Below are positions 36,732-49,128 of a DNA stretch of 64,000 nucleotides, one piece after another. Source of the stretch: Asterionella formosa (taxonomy: Eukaryota); contig NKIB01012640.1 of assembly GCA_002256025.1 (NCBI GenBank), positions 1 to 64,000 on the forward strand. The letters are read 5' to 3'. Each line of letters begins with the position of its first letter. Position 1 is the stretch's first letter. The notes under the pieces are model-generated. The model was not told the DNA's origin, searched no databases, and saw only the letters and a program-made list of their open reading frames with translations. The position numbers and the translations under genes were made by a program.

Positions 36732-38774
36732 TTATTGTTTTTCTATCACCGTCATTGCAAGTTGCCCTCGTGACTCATCTATGCCCTCTAGTCGGATTCG
36801 AACAGAGTCTCCTTGTGAAAGTGATTCTATAGAGATTCCTTCGGCAAGTTGAGCAACACCAACAGGTAAATCTTGAAAACGTGGTTCAACATAGAGCCAG
36901 TTGCCCGTTTTTGATGTAGCTTTGATAATTCCATCACATTCTGTTCCGGCGAGCTCTAAAATATTCGCGATATCACCGCCCATCTTTGCAATCAGGCGAT
37001 CGAGCTTTTTTTCTGCTTCAGTCTCCTTTTTGACCTCCTTCATCTTGTGAATAATTGGACGAGCGGTCAACATGAAGCGTCCTGATTGCTTTGACACAGC
37101 CTGGACATAAACGCTGATTTCATCGCCTACCTTGACATAGTTACGGCTCACTGAGTCGGACACAACATCCTCACCATCACCGTTCCATTCATCATGAGTA
37201 TTAATCTTCTCCTCTGGAAATAGCTCAGCGAAAAATGCGTCGTCATCATCATCTTCGTCCGATTCTGTGTCTTCATCCTCCTCCATCAACGTCCCTAATG
37301 ACGTCACTTCGCCAGTCTCTGGATCTGTGTATGATATCAGACCGTCTTTTAACGAAACCAAATGAGTGATATCTTCTTCCTCTTCTGAAATGAAATCGTC
37401 GTCTTCTTCATCGTCATTGGTCAAATCGGATTTAGCAAGCAGATCATTTAAGATATCTTCATCCAAGTCATCACCTTCGTCGTCCTCAAGTTCGTTGTCA
37501 TCCTCGATATCGTAATCCATAGAGTTGAGCACTTTTTCTAATTCTTCTTCATCTTCCATATCGCGCTCTAATGTCTTTGCCACGCTTCCCTTAGGATTCC
37601 TGCTAACCTTGTTGAGATCATCAAATCTCAACATTCCCAATATTTTCCTCATTTGTCCATTCTTGACAGAACGTCCAACTCCAATATCAACAAAGGCAGC
37701 CATAGTCTTGTTCGATACTCTAGTCACTTTTCCTTTGAAGGGTCCAGCTCCAACAATCAATTGCTCTAATTGTATTTGAATCATGCGTGGATCAACAAAC
37801 TCAATGATGCGCTTATTCTTGGACATTTTCCGTTCTGTATTCATGGACAATTTCAACAGTGGCGATCCGCCATCTCCCAAAGGATCCAATGCAAAGACTT
37901 GAGCTTTGTAAATGCTTCCTTCTGAAACTAAGCCATTGTCGACAGAACGTTGGGAGACCCGAAGTGCAGCAGAGAGTGGCAAATTCTCATAGCCAGAAGC
38001 GGTTTTGAGCTTAGTCATGCCTGTATGAATGTTGTTTTCAAACTGTAGTAAGCCAGCTTCTTCAGACAAGCGGTGACCGCGATAACGAGAAATGTGGGTC
38101 AATAACCAAAGATTGTCTCCTGACGAGAAAAGTCGAACGTCCAATTTCGCCTGGACCTCGTTTGTCATGAGTGATTCAACGAGATCTCTGGCCGTTTCCA
38201 TTCCAAGGGATACCGCGTGTTTCTGTTAAATTGGAAACAACGTGAGAATGTGAGAAACAAGCTGTGATAAGCGCTTGCTCTAGCAGTATCAGCCCAATCC
38301 ACTCACCGCTAGACTAGTTCCAAGGTGCTTGCGATAACTTAGATTGAGCTCGGACATGCTTAAGCAAACATCCTTGCTCTTGTATCCTTCTGGTATAACT
38401 TCCATCGCCGATTCACTCATTGGAATTCCAAACTTTTGAATGATATAGACGATATTGTCAAGAACCATGGTCGTTTCGTCAACATCCAAAATCGAACAAG
38501 GGATCAAAATGGGAGATCCAGAGCGGCGACGTTTCTTCCAGGCCTTCCGAGCAAGCTCGACGTTTCCAACTTTGATGCGAACTTCAGATCCAGGGGAAAT
38601 GGCAGCGTATTCCGACTTCACGCCGTCATGGCTGCTACTAGATGTGGAGTATTCTTCTTGCTGAGAGACTCGATGGGGTGATGTAGAGATGAGCGAGAAC
38701 CGCGGTCTGGAAACAACGAAACCCTGCGCAGACAAAATCAGAGCGAAAACTGCTAGAAGACTTGGAACTAACAT
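36732..38774 (-). CDS. Probably plastid-targeted S1 (OB-fold) RNA-binding domain protein, 2 exons: 38774-38307, 38222-36732
   Basis: Signal ending AQG-FVV; phase-0 GT-AG intron GTSLA|KHAVSLGM; S1 motifs FKGKVTRV..AAFVDIG, VKVGDEISVYVQAV and LSQGDSVRIRLEGIDESRGQLAMT. Confidence 0.78.
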
Positions 38775-38979
38775 GATTGATGACGAGTGAAGTAAGACAA
38801 GAGCAGCTCTCCGCAACGGTCAACTTCAACGATGAAATGTGGACAACTGCTTAATGGCAATTCTATTCTCATCAATACATTTATGATGTTTGTTCTTTGC
38901 CAACTCCATGACGGTCTGTGTCTGATGGTCTGATCTGACGATCTGAAGATGGCTCGCCACCTTGCTATGCAAGAAATGT

Positions 38980-39280
38980 ACCGGTACGTGCTACTTGGTC
39001 CTGGTACCGGTAGTTGCCTGTGTAAATACCTGTAGTAGTTTACCGTACCAGGTACGTACCATTTACATTGTGCGTGTACATACAGTATTTCATAAAATAG
39101 CTGGTAAAATCATTATAAAATCTATTGGCTTTCGTGCAATGGTCTGGCCTTCTACACAGGATTGAAGTGATACTACCGGTACATACACGTACCGGTACTA
39201 ACGGTAGCTATAGCTAGAGAAATAACCACAAGCAAACCTTCGTTTTCTATGATACACCAAAGTACTGGCACCAGTACCAA
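38980..39280. repeat. TA-spacer units upstream of the S1 gene
   Basis: TACCGGTA, CCTGGTACCGGTA, TACCAGGTA and TACTGG..CCAGTACC in 38980-39280. Confidence 0.75.
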
Positions 39281-40136
39281 GATACAAAATTGCATGCTCG
39301 ATGCTGGTAGATAGTTACCACATAAGATATAGCATGGAGCAATTTTAGCCTCGGTGATATCTGTCTACTGGCGATCATCACCCTATCATAGCTATGTTAT
39401 TGTTTTGCTTTTCGATGAGAACCGTGGGTGTCTTAGAAAATTTTGGTATATCTAAGTAATTTATACTTAGTGGCAATATAGGAAGAGCGAGGAGGATGGC
39501 TTGGTATATATTTTTCACATCGAAAAGAGTCAGATCCAGAATCAATCATGTCATTGGACTCATTATCAACACTCCAAATTCAAAAGTGTGTGACAACTTA
39601 TTGTCAGCAATAGCATTTTTGAGTTCAACTGTATAAATGAATGGCGGGCTTTGCAATCCATAGGTATGGAATAATACGGGATGGGATGGAATGGAATCAA
39701 ACAGTTAAAATGTGATTATGGAAACAAAACCGACAGTGAAGCCTAACAATAAGTCAACTTTGCGGAAGGCATCGACAGCACAGCAGGAGGGTTGTAGCGA
39801 CAGTATCATGGCTGGTTGGGAATTCGATGGCCATAACGAACTTAGATCGTGTTTACAGGGCACTTCGAGATTAGCTTACATTTTTGAGTAAATTGTTCGC
39901 TGTAAAGTAAGCATATAATAGAATAGAACACTGTGATCGATTTGCGCATGGGGCAGACATTATTGTTTCATTCTCAAGCGCACACGAAATCTCGTACTCA
40001 GTGGTCAGCAGCGGTATAATGTTCAATGGTGCAAAAGCCCTAGCAAAAGCCAGCATACCAGTCCCAGGTAAATTGTCACCGTGATTATGAAGCAATATGT
40101 TAGCAAACATATTGCTCTCTTCTGGTAGGAATCTAT

Positions 40137-41339
40137 TTATTTTAGGGGCCATACAATGGGCACAAGATCATGACTAAAATGCGTCCTAGGTTTGACCGAA
40201 TTGACCCATTCTCTGTACGACCATTGGTCTTCGTTGTCACCATACCCACCACTACTTGGTTTAAAGTCCAAAGCAGTCTCGCGCACTTGAGCGTCGGTGT
40301 CAACAAAAGAAATTGCAAGAGCATGGCGATCATCAGATGAATCGTTTCCATCTGCACAATGTAGTGTCCAGCCAGAGTGGGCAGTGGCATCGCCGAGTTT
40401 CAATGGCATATGGCTAATGGAAACACCTTTGTATCTTTCTTCCAGTCGATCAAACTCTGGGCCATCGAAATCGTTCCAGAAGGGTAATGCAAAGTCAGAA
40501 TGTGACTTGGAAACGAAGACCAAGGCTGTGCCATCCTTGGGAATGTCTTGCAACGGAATCCAAATGGTAATCATATGGGGTGTATCAAATGGAGCCATGC
40601 GAGCATCTGTATGCCACGGAGTTGGTCCATCTTGCGCTCGCTTGGAGAATACTGAATCTTGATACAGTCGAACAGATGGAACATCCATAAGGGTGGAAGC
40701 GGTTTCGCCGAGTGCAAAACACAAGGCTTTGACGCTGGGAACATTTCTCCAAGTATTAAAAGACTGAAGGAAGGGCAAAAAATCCCATTCAATCCCCAAC
40801 TTCTCCAGCTCGTCCTGGCATTCCTCTATTGTCCGGCACGATTGTGCTAGTTTGGGTGAATCGGAAGCTACTTCAACTTTTTGCCTCCAAGCATCCAATG
40901 CTTTCTGTGATGTATAACGAAGGACATCGGTTCTGACACGCAAAAGAAGCTCGGGGTCTATAAGAGAGTTTAGGGCGGTATGTCCGTTTCTCGCGTAGTC
41001 AAGCTGATTTCTGAGTGAAATGTTGGGGGGTCTATGGGGGGATATTTGCTGGGATGGTTGCTTGGTAGGTGTGTTGTTGGCTTTTCGAGCAGGTTCGAGG
41101 CCCATTCCTGAAAGATAGGAATAATTAGTGGCGTACATGCTAAGATTAGCTAATCTGGGTACTTCCTTACCTGACAGCATCAAATCCAATTCTTCTTTCC
41201 TTTTCCGCGCACTTATGCGAAGGGAACAGGATGACGAACAACATGTTGTGCCCAAAAGATGTCTGGAACCTTGAAGGAACGCTTGGGATGATACTATCAG
41301 TGACAAAATCAAATATAACGAATTTATAGAGGAAACCAT
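40137..41339 (-). CDS. Probably plastid-targeted PhyH-family 2-oxoglutarate/Fe(II) dioxygenase
   Basis: Signal ending SQA-FLQ; PTPWHTD (HxD), ITIWIPLQD, FVSKSH and GDATAHSGWTLH...N.S...R; start MVSSIN. Confidence 0.87.
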   Translation of the reverse strand: MVSSINSLYLILSLIVSSQAFLQGSRHLLGTTCCSSSCSLRISARKRKEELDLMLSGKEVPRLANLSMYATNYSYLSGMGLEPARKANNTPTKQPSQQISPHRPPNISLRNQLDYARNGHTALNSLIDPELLLRVRTDVLRYTSQKALDAWRQKVEVASDSPKLAQSCRTIEECQDELEKLGIEWDFLPFLQSFNTWRNVPSVKALCFALGETASTLMDVPSVRLYQDSVFSKRAQDGPTPWHTDARMAPFDTPHMITIWIPLQDIPKDGTALVFVSKSHSDFALPFWNDFDGPEFDRLEERYKGVSISHMPLKLGDATAHSGWTLHCADGNDSSDDRHALAISFVDTDAQVRETALDFKPSSGGYGDNEDQWSYREWVNSVKPRTHFSHDLVPIVWPLK

Positions 41340-41501
41340 GTCGTGATGATCACAGAGAACACAAGCAACGAAGCAATGATGAGCACAATGACAGCATTTG
41401 TGTCCTACCAACGGCAGGTTCGTTCATGATGTTTTCGATGAAAATATTCATTACATCGATCATCCATCAAGAAAATTGATTGGCGTTGGCGTCACGACAA
41501 T

Positions 41502-41547
41502 TACCTGGTATGGTACCAGGTACCTGGTACCTGGTACCAGGTACCGG
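41502..41547. repeat. TA-spacer array upstream of the PhyH gene
   Basis: TA-CCTGG-TA-TGG-TA-CCAGG-TA-CCTGG-TA-CCTGG-TA-CCAGG-TA-CCGG. Confidence 0.9.
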
Positions 41548-42707
41548 ACATGTTGATAGTGAACATGATACGACGGAGAGTAAATGATTTTTGCTCAATT
41601 TTAGCTAATCCATAGTACTTGGGACCTACGGAGAACGTGCTTGTACACATCATGGTGAATTTTTGATACACATTTCAAAATTTGCCGCAAAAACTAGAGG
41701 CATTGTACTTTAATGTTGTTTGGGATGGGCATCTTACTTAAACTTAAGCAGCAAACAAACTTCTGATTACATTTGGGTTTGGGGATATCTTTTCAGCACA
41801 CCGGTAGCTGGATGGAGGGGAGCTAAGGCAATGATGGTGTGCAGAAGTAAAATTTTCTCCCGGAAAACCTAATCATTGTTGTCAGCCACCCATTGATTGT
41901 GATGTAGGACGACAAAAATTTAATGAAAAATGTAATTATGTCAGCAACAACCACCACAACAAATTGCTGACGATTTGATGACAATGATCATGACATGCAC
42001 CTTCCCCTCATTTGTTATTGTATAAAAGTCAAACAGATAGAAGCAACTAGTTGCTAGTGTATAGTACAATATTTGTTTAGATATAGCAGAAACAGTAAAA
42101 TCGGAAACCCACAAGTGGGCTTGATGACAAAGACGATATCTCAATCATGCCTTGTCATCACATTGAAGCACGTATTATTCGTACATGTGCACCATTCTAT
42201 AATGCTCCATTGTCTACAAGGGACCAGACCCAAACAAAAATTGATTTATAATTCACTATTTATCTGCTTAGAATAGTTGGATCATGTGATCGTCATTGTC
42301 ATATCATTGATTCCACCACCAAGTCACCATGCACAGAGTACATTTCAAACAAGCAGGCAATATATACTGACTCAAAGATGAGAATAATTTCTATCAGAGG
42401 TGTGAAAAGTAGGCGAAAGTCTTTTCCTCAAGAAGAACAGGCGAATTTGACTGATTTTTGCTGTGGAGTGACCAGCAGGCGTATCAGAGAAAGTTGAGAA
42501 CGAATAAGAGTGGGGGATGGGTAAGAGAAGGGAGCGGCAGTGTCCAAGGACGACATGGTGACTGAGGAGGGTGTCAGTAGCAGCGCTACAGACTGATGAC
42601 GTAGGCTTAGTGCTAGGAAAAATAGAAGAGAGTCAGGATTTTGACCTGGAAAGTTCAATTGTGCAATTTTAAAACTATCTTCCTACATATATTATATACA
42701 TGGATCT

Positions 42708-43600
42708 TTAGTTTAGGGCAAGTTGTACAGTAGGGCAACGTCGTCTAAGAAAGGCTTTGCCAATTAGATTGCCTCTAGTCACTCTTTGCCTTTCTAGTGC
42801 TGCTTTCCCAATATGCGGAATGTCATAATCATTGTCTCCCTGTCTGTTAATCATCTCCTCAAGAATTACTTGTATATTAAGAAATAAACAATTCAATTTC
42901 ATCGGTTCAAATGATTCATACACTGCTGTCCTCACTGCCTCCACCAGCCCATCCATATTATGATTAGCCTCCTTCACTGAATCCCACAGTCCACTTTCAA
43001 GTGCTTGGAATAATCTGTGATCATTTATACTCATGACAGGTGAGTTTGCCGGTTTGACCTGCTAACTTTAAATTGCATCCATCCAAATTAGCTGCTTCCA
43101 GAAAGGGAACAATGAGTGATTGCATTGTTGTGTTTTGGATGTATATTATCTTATAATTGTTCACACCAATTGGCCACTTCTCCTGATTTGCCGGTTCACC
43201 TTCTTGGTGCCCATGTCTTCATACATCTGCTTTGTAACCGGTAAATATGTTGCTATCATTGTCCCTGTTGGCCTATTGATTGAATTCCTAAGCTCTGGAG
43301 TATGCTGAATGAAGGGACATGTGCCAATCTTGCCATCAAACAACCACACTCGATTTTCGTCATACCTTGGTGGACATGCAACAGCTGAAAGAAACATGAC
43401 CTTCTCTATATGATCCTTGTGCTTTGTCCTCCAAATTGGTCCCCTCTCCCCCTCAGTCAAATAAAACCTCTGTTAACCTCTTGAACATAAAATCATTTTT
43501 CATCGACATGAAACTGATTGTAGAATCCATCATAGAACCCAACTCAAGCTTACCTGGGTCAAAAGCAAGCACTTTGGGGGATAGGTGAAGTTGTTCAGGG
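42708..43600 (-). mobile_element. Decayed DD39D-type (plant/oomycete-like) mariner transposase
   Basis: FYNQFHVDEK*FY, HIEKVMFLSAVACPPRYD...FDGKIGTCPF...NRPTGT, PANSPVMSINDHRLF and GDNDYDIPHIGK..LER; stops and frameshifts present. Confidence 0.85.
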
Positions 43601-44269
43601 TGATTCAACTGTAGATGGCTGGTTAACGCATTTAAAAACCCGACAAGTCTGAAGTTCTTCTCTTAACTTCAAATGGACAGCATTTTATTTGCTCTTATGA
43701 TGTCCATGTGGATCTCTGGTAATGTAGAATGCTGATGATCTCGGCATTGAGTGCTGATACAATATGTGCTACATTTTTGAAACGGGATTTTCTCTATTGG
43801 AAAATTATCTCATCATGATAACATTTCTGCGGCCGGCCAGTTACTCACTTGCTAGAAAGCGAGGCAAATGTGTTACCATCTTCTAATTAGAAAGAGGCGC
43901 GTGCACGATTCCATATGCATTGTACAGTACTCCTACTATTCACATCTAACCTATGTGGCAAGAATCTAATGGTTCAGGCAACAAAACAAAACAACCATCT
44001 ACTTCCTCTCTTCCATCAGGTCCTTGTTTGAGGTTTGTAAAACATAATCGAGAAGATTGAGTTGTGGCAAAAATGGGGGGTCAGGCATCTGCATTTTGCT
44101 TAAGATAGGTGGCGAAAGTGAAAATCGAAAAAATTTTCCAATTGAAATTAACCACATTTATATTATACATAGATCAATAGCTTTTTTGATGGTGCACATT
44201 AGGGCAATTGAGCCAGTGATAGAGCTAGATTTGAGGAGTACAATAATCTAGAAAATGAATTAGTTACCC

Positions 44270-46033
44270 TCAACTGACTCCTTTTTTTGACTTCTTGTGT
44301 TTGGTGATTGACTCAAGTATTGAGAGCTGTTGAGATTGCTTTGTTACAACTGCCTTTCTCTTCTTTTCAATGCCGCCTTTCTGTTCCTTTTGGTCATACT
44401 TCGCCATGAGAGATTCGCTTGTCTCAACACTTGGATGCTGAATCACCATTGATTCCTTGACATCATTTATCATAATTTCCTCCTTATCGGGATGATGTAA
44501 AAATGCTTCTCGTAGTTTCGCTACCCTTTGTTCCATAATTGGCCAATTGATTTTGGCTGCCTCGTTCTGCAAGAAGAATACAGAAGTATCAAATGATGCC
44601 ATTCGAAACCGATCCTTACGTCGGTGCTGTGTCCCTTCAGCATAATAATGCGACTCTTGCGACATGATTTCACAATGTCCCAAATAGCTCGATCCTTCCA
44701 GAGCCTTCCAACCTGAAGTCTCTGACCAGGCTGGGACAAATACGACAAACATTAGTGGGCTTGAAGCTTTTGCCAGATACTCCTCCATTCTATGATACAT
44801 GGCAAGAATAAAATTGGCAACGAATGGTGGGTTGGCTTGATAGCATCCACCATTTGAGAAATCATAGTCAAAGAAAGACCCGAGTGATCCAAATGCAGCG
44901 TCCGTATCCGGGAAGGCAGAGCAGAATCGCTCATATCGACAATTCAAAGGAGATGCAAAACACTCCATTGTGCAATCAAATTCTTGCAGCAGATAGTCAA
45001 ATACACTTCCTTGTAAAGCCGACTGGAGTCCTGCGCCTTGAAGCATATCGTATCTTGCCAAAAGTGCAAACAAAGCACTAATGAAACCAGCTTCATGGTC
45101 CTCTCGATTTAGACTGTGTTGATTCTGACGATCATACATGACTTGAAGTTTGTGATAGTGCTGCTTGTTAATGGTAAAGATCAAACCAGAGAAGGAAACC
45201 TTGATTTCGTCATCATGACCAGTCAGCTTAGGAAGCATTTGCTTCTTCCCGCGTTGTTGTGTTGTTTCAATGGCCGCCCGTTTCTGTATCTCCTCCATCA
45301 TCTTCGTTTCAACTATTGCTGACACTTCTTGAATGGATCGAGACAGAGTTTTTGACTTTTTCCGAAACTTTTTGGATGTAAAAATGCATTGTACCTCATT
45401 GTCCCGCGTTTTACTACCGCACTTTCTTCGCCACGCTCGTGTCCATTCAAATTTTAGTTCGTCAACGAATCCCGCTGGACTTCGATTCGATATTAAAATA
45501 GGATCAATCCACGTGTTTTTTGATTTGGCATTCAATATAAAACCCTGCACTTGAGCTGTGGTCCATAACCCAGATACCTTGCAAGCTGATGTTTTGGAAG
45601 TGGTTCGATTCAAATATTCGTGAAGTTTGGCATCGAAGTGCCATCTTTCGAGTAGTGATGAAACCGACAATTCCTTCCACAAGTTACTAGGTCCTTCTTT
45701 GTTGGAGTTTCCATTGGCACGGTGAAACATTTCTCTAAATTCTTCTTTGAAACGTTCGTAGGCGCGACGGCGAAAAACTTCGACTTGATGATTGCTGGGT
45801 GCTAAAAGGATAGCTTCATTTGCCGACTTCACCTTTGGATATGGGTTCCAAATTTCTCTAGATCCAACATACTTGATAGATGGGTAGTCCTTAACTTGAG
45901 GCACTAGCTGAACTTGCAAGGCTGTGGAAACCTGATGCTGCGACGATGGACTCGTTGATGCGACTTGATAGCCTTGCTGGCTGGACATTTCATCCATTAA
46001 TGAAAATATATCATTGTCTCCTCGTAACGTCAT
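44270..46033 (-). CDS. PCIF1: PCIF1/CAPAM-like mRNA cap (m6Am) adenine N6-methyltransferase domain protein
   Basis: LLARYD...GAGLQSAL...F..L...FDCTMECFASPLN...FCSAFPDTD..FGS.GSFF, catalytic ANPPF, FVVFVPAW and H.Y.EG.QH; start uncertain (MTLRGD used). Confidence 0.85.
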   Translation of the reverse strand: MTLRGDNDIFSLMDEMSSQQGYQVASTSPSSQHQVSTALQVQLVPQVKDYPSIKYVGSREIWNPYPKVKSANEAILLAPSNHQVEVFRRRAYERFKEEFREMFHRANGNSNKEGPSNLWKELSVSSLLERWHFDAKLHEYLNRTTSKTSACKVSGLWTTAQVQGFILNAKSKNTWIDPILISNRSPAGFVDELKFEWTRAWRRKCGSKTRDNEVQCIFTSKKFRKKSKTLSRSIQEVSAIVETKMMEEIQKRAAIETTQQRGKKQMLPKLTGHDDEIKVSFSGLIFTINKQHYHKLQVMYDRQNQHSLNREDHEAGFISALFALLARYDMLQGAGLQSALQGSVFDYLLQEFDCTMECFASPLNCRYERFCSAFPDTDAAFGSLGSFFDYDFSNGGCYQANPPFVANFILAMYHRMEEYLAKASSPLMFVVFVPAWSETSGWKALEGSSYLGHCEIMSQESHYYAEGTQHRRKDRFRMASFDTSVFFLQNEAAKINWPIMEQRVAKLREAFLHHPDKEEIMINDVKESMVIQHPSVETSESLMAKYDQKEQKGGIEKKRKAVVTKQSQQLSILESITKHKKSKKGVS

Positions 46034-46362
46034 GTTGTTTCCGATCTCTTTTGAACTGTCTTGTGTTATACTGTGTATCCTCAACTGTCTGCGACGGAGT
46101 ACGGAGATTTCATTACCATAATAAACACAGCATCACGTGTAAATTATGACTTTTCGTAGTGATCAGCAATTTGATTGTTTTCGATCATACATGTTGGGTG
46201 GCGGCGGTGCACGACAGCCGCTCACGCACATCATTATGTCGAGCGCGACGATTTTATGATGTGCTGACGATACTAAATACACTGGATTGGATTCTTTTAA
46301 ACAAGGTGAAAAAGAAATTTACCAAAACAAGGTTAATCATGTATTGGCCTACCTTTTGTGAT

Positions 46363-48197
46363 TAGGGCTGCGAATACGCCAATGCAGCTCTTTTTTCCAA
46401 TACAAGGTATTCCACGAAATGATCGGAATTTTTTCCCAATACAAGAAATGAATAGTTTCTCCGAAATAGGGTTTAATGTTCAATACAAGGTGGGGGAACC
46501 TTGCACTACTAGTTCTAATATTTCGCATCCATCTTGTTATGGTTTACAAATTAGATCATCAGTTCCAATTTAATGTATAACTTGTTTTGAACATGCCCAT
46601 ACAAGGTGTACCTTGATTTGGACCCAATAACTCATTTGCGAAACCATAACAGTATGAGGATAATCATTTTAAGGTTAATAGCAAACTAACATCATCTATA
46701 ATAGTGTATTCTTTTGCCAACGTTAATAATTATTTGCTATTTTAAAAAGAAACGAAAACATTATTGAGTCCTACTACAGTAACAGAGAATTTCTGAAAAT
46801 GTTTGAATCATGTGTTGGAAAACGAGCCCAAGCATTGCCATCATCGCAATTCACCAATCATTTACCAGTCGTTGCGAATTGAAGCGCTCTGAACGATGTT
46901 GACAGTGAAGCACTTAAATGACAGAAGCAAGTTCAAGGTTGAGAAATAGCATGCACACGAACAATACTAATACAAACCTTCACCAATTTGGACTACTTAC
47001 ATCATTTTGCATGAAACAACTGGAGCTGACTACTTTCTTTCCAATCACTCAAAAATTCACTGATCCATCAATTGCATCGAAAGGAGCATTCAGACAGAGC
47101 TGGTGTCTCTGAAGCACTCCTGAAATAAACAGAATCCCGATGATAGGTGAGAAATAATGCACAGGCAATTCTTTGGTATGTCCAAGAAAGTCGCAGGACC
47201 AACATGCTATGGCGTAAAACATTTTCAATTTCTTAAGCATGGCACCTTACCTATCATTATGAGTATTCCCTGTTCAGCTGGCTGGAGGTGAGTGAAAGAG
47301 TGAGACATTGATGGCTTCCGCAAATCGTCATAAAGGATAAGAAATATAACTTGGATGTATTATTATTGTGATGTGAATAAATAGCATCAACTCAGTGATA
47401 GTTTCCCGGTATATGTATACTATGCTATTATACACAGTCAGTACAGAATAATTTGAGAGAGGACATATGATCATGTGCCAGGCAGACAGATTAAAAAATT
47501 TGAAAGCATACATTACTGTATAATAATATGAAACACAAAATGACAGTTTTAAATGATCAATACGCATTGCAGACACATAGCCAAAATTTGGAAAATTTTG
47601 AAAATATATATTACTGAATAATCATAGAAATCAAAAGAAAACGGTTTTATCAAAATGCATCATACTATGATGATATTGTATGTACAGTTTTCAAGCACTA
47701 TAGAGCAATACAGGGTCAGCCTTGAATTGCAAAATATTGTCACCTTGTATCGGGACTCATGACCTTGAATTGGGATAAGACGTGGTACCGCCAAAACCCA
47801 ATACAGGGGCAACCTTGAATTTGAAGATATTGTCACCTTATACTGGAACTTATCACCTTGTATTGGGACATGACTTAGTACAGCCAAAACCCAATACAGG
47901 GGCAACCTTGAATTCAAAATGTTGCCACTTTGTGTTGGGAAATAAACAGATCCTAATATAGGGAATACCTTGTATTGAATTATATTCTCATGACAAATAA
48001 AGGAATGCCTTGAATTGGAGTGTTGAAACCAGGATATTTTTCACCTTGTATTGGACTTGACATACGAACCTTTTTGCCAATACAAGGAGGTGAACCTTGT
48101 ATTGGAATGGTGTATCACCTTGTATTGGAAAAAAAGAATATCAAATGACCGATACCTTATATTGGAAAACGTTTATGATGCCCAATACAAGGTACGC
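46363..48197. mobile_element. Non-autonomous DNA transposon remnant with inverted subterminal CCAATACAAGG repeats
   Basis: TTTTTTCCAATACAAGGT (46391-46408) is the exact reverse complement of 48117-48134. Many CAATACAAGG/CCTTGTATTG copies at both ends; left edge TAGGGCTG is hAT-like; right terminus not resolved. Confidence 0.7.
47706..47935. repeat. 93 bp tandem repeat (~2.5 copies) inside the element
   Basis: CAATACAGGG..CCTTGAATT units start at 47706, 47799 and 47892. Confidence 0.85.
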
Positions 48198-48441
48198 CTG
48201 GAATCATTGGGAATGAGTCGAAACTGACAAAGTGCGCACAAAACGTGCACCATCCCGCCTTCCAGGTAGTCTAAAGGTAGACTTCCGTAATGCAAATGAT
48301 GATTATAAAATTGATGATTGTGCACATGACTTAATGGATTCTGGTAATAAATATATTTTGTGCCATGACGAAATAGTATGTACACGCAATACCGACATTC
48401 GGGGATTCCATTACGAAGTAAAATCAATCACAACTGCAATT

Positions 48442-49128
48442 ATGACGATGTTATTCTGTACCCGCACCATGAGCCGACGCGCTCCATCGCTGCAACTCTT
48501 CATGAGTCGTTGCGCCTTGTCTACTTCTCATGACGACTTCGCTCCAAAGAAGAAGGCTTTTGTTGATAACGAAGATGACGCGATTACAATGATTAAGGTT
48601 CGTTGTTGTTGTAGGCAATGTTCCGTTGATGACAATGTGACTCTCGCATTAACGAACTATAAATGCATTCAATATGATGAATGCGTGATGGATTCTAACT
48701 CATTTGCATATGTTCAATTCCATGTTCAGCAACATATTTCAGATAATCGTGTCATGCTTTACATGAAAGGAAATCCAGCCATGCCAATGTGTGGATTCTC
48801 TGCGAAAGTAGTTGGAATACTTCAAACGGAAGGGGCTGATTTTAGCAGTGTCAATGTTCTTGACTATCCGGCTATTCGTGAAGGAGTCAAGAAGTTTTCG
48901 TAAGTCTACCCGGGGATGTATGGTTTTTGCATGGATGTGTGTATCTCAAACGTGAGTGTGTTTGTCTAATGTTCACATTTCCTACCATGTACCGTGTACA
49001 GGGAGTGGCCAACAATTCCTCAGTTGTACGTGAATGGCGAATTTATTGGTGGTTGTGATATTGTTACTAGCATGCATGAGAGCGGTGAACTTAAGGAGCT
49101 TCTGGTCGAGGAACCAACTGCTGAGTAG
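48442..49128 (+). CDS. GRX5: Mitochondrial monothiol (CGFS) glutaredoxin, 3 exons: 48442-48597, 48730-48899, 49002-49128
   Basis: Arg/Ser-rich presequence, [56 protein letters not shown] introns restore the frame. Confidence 0.93.
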
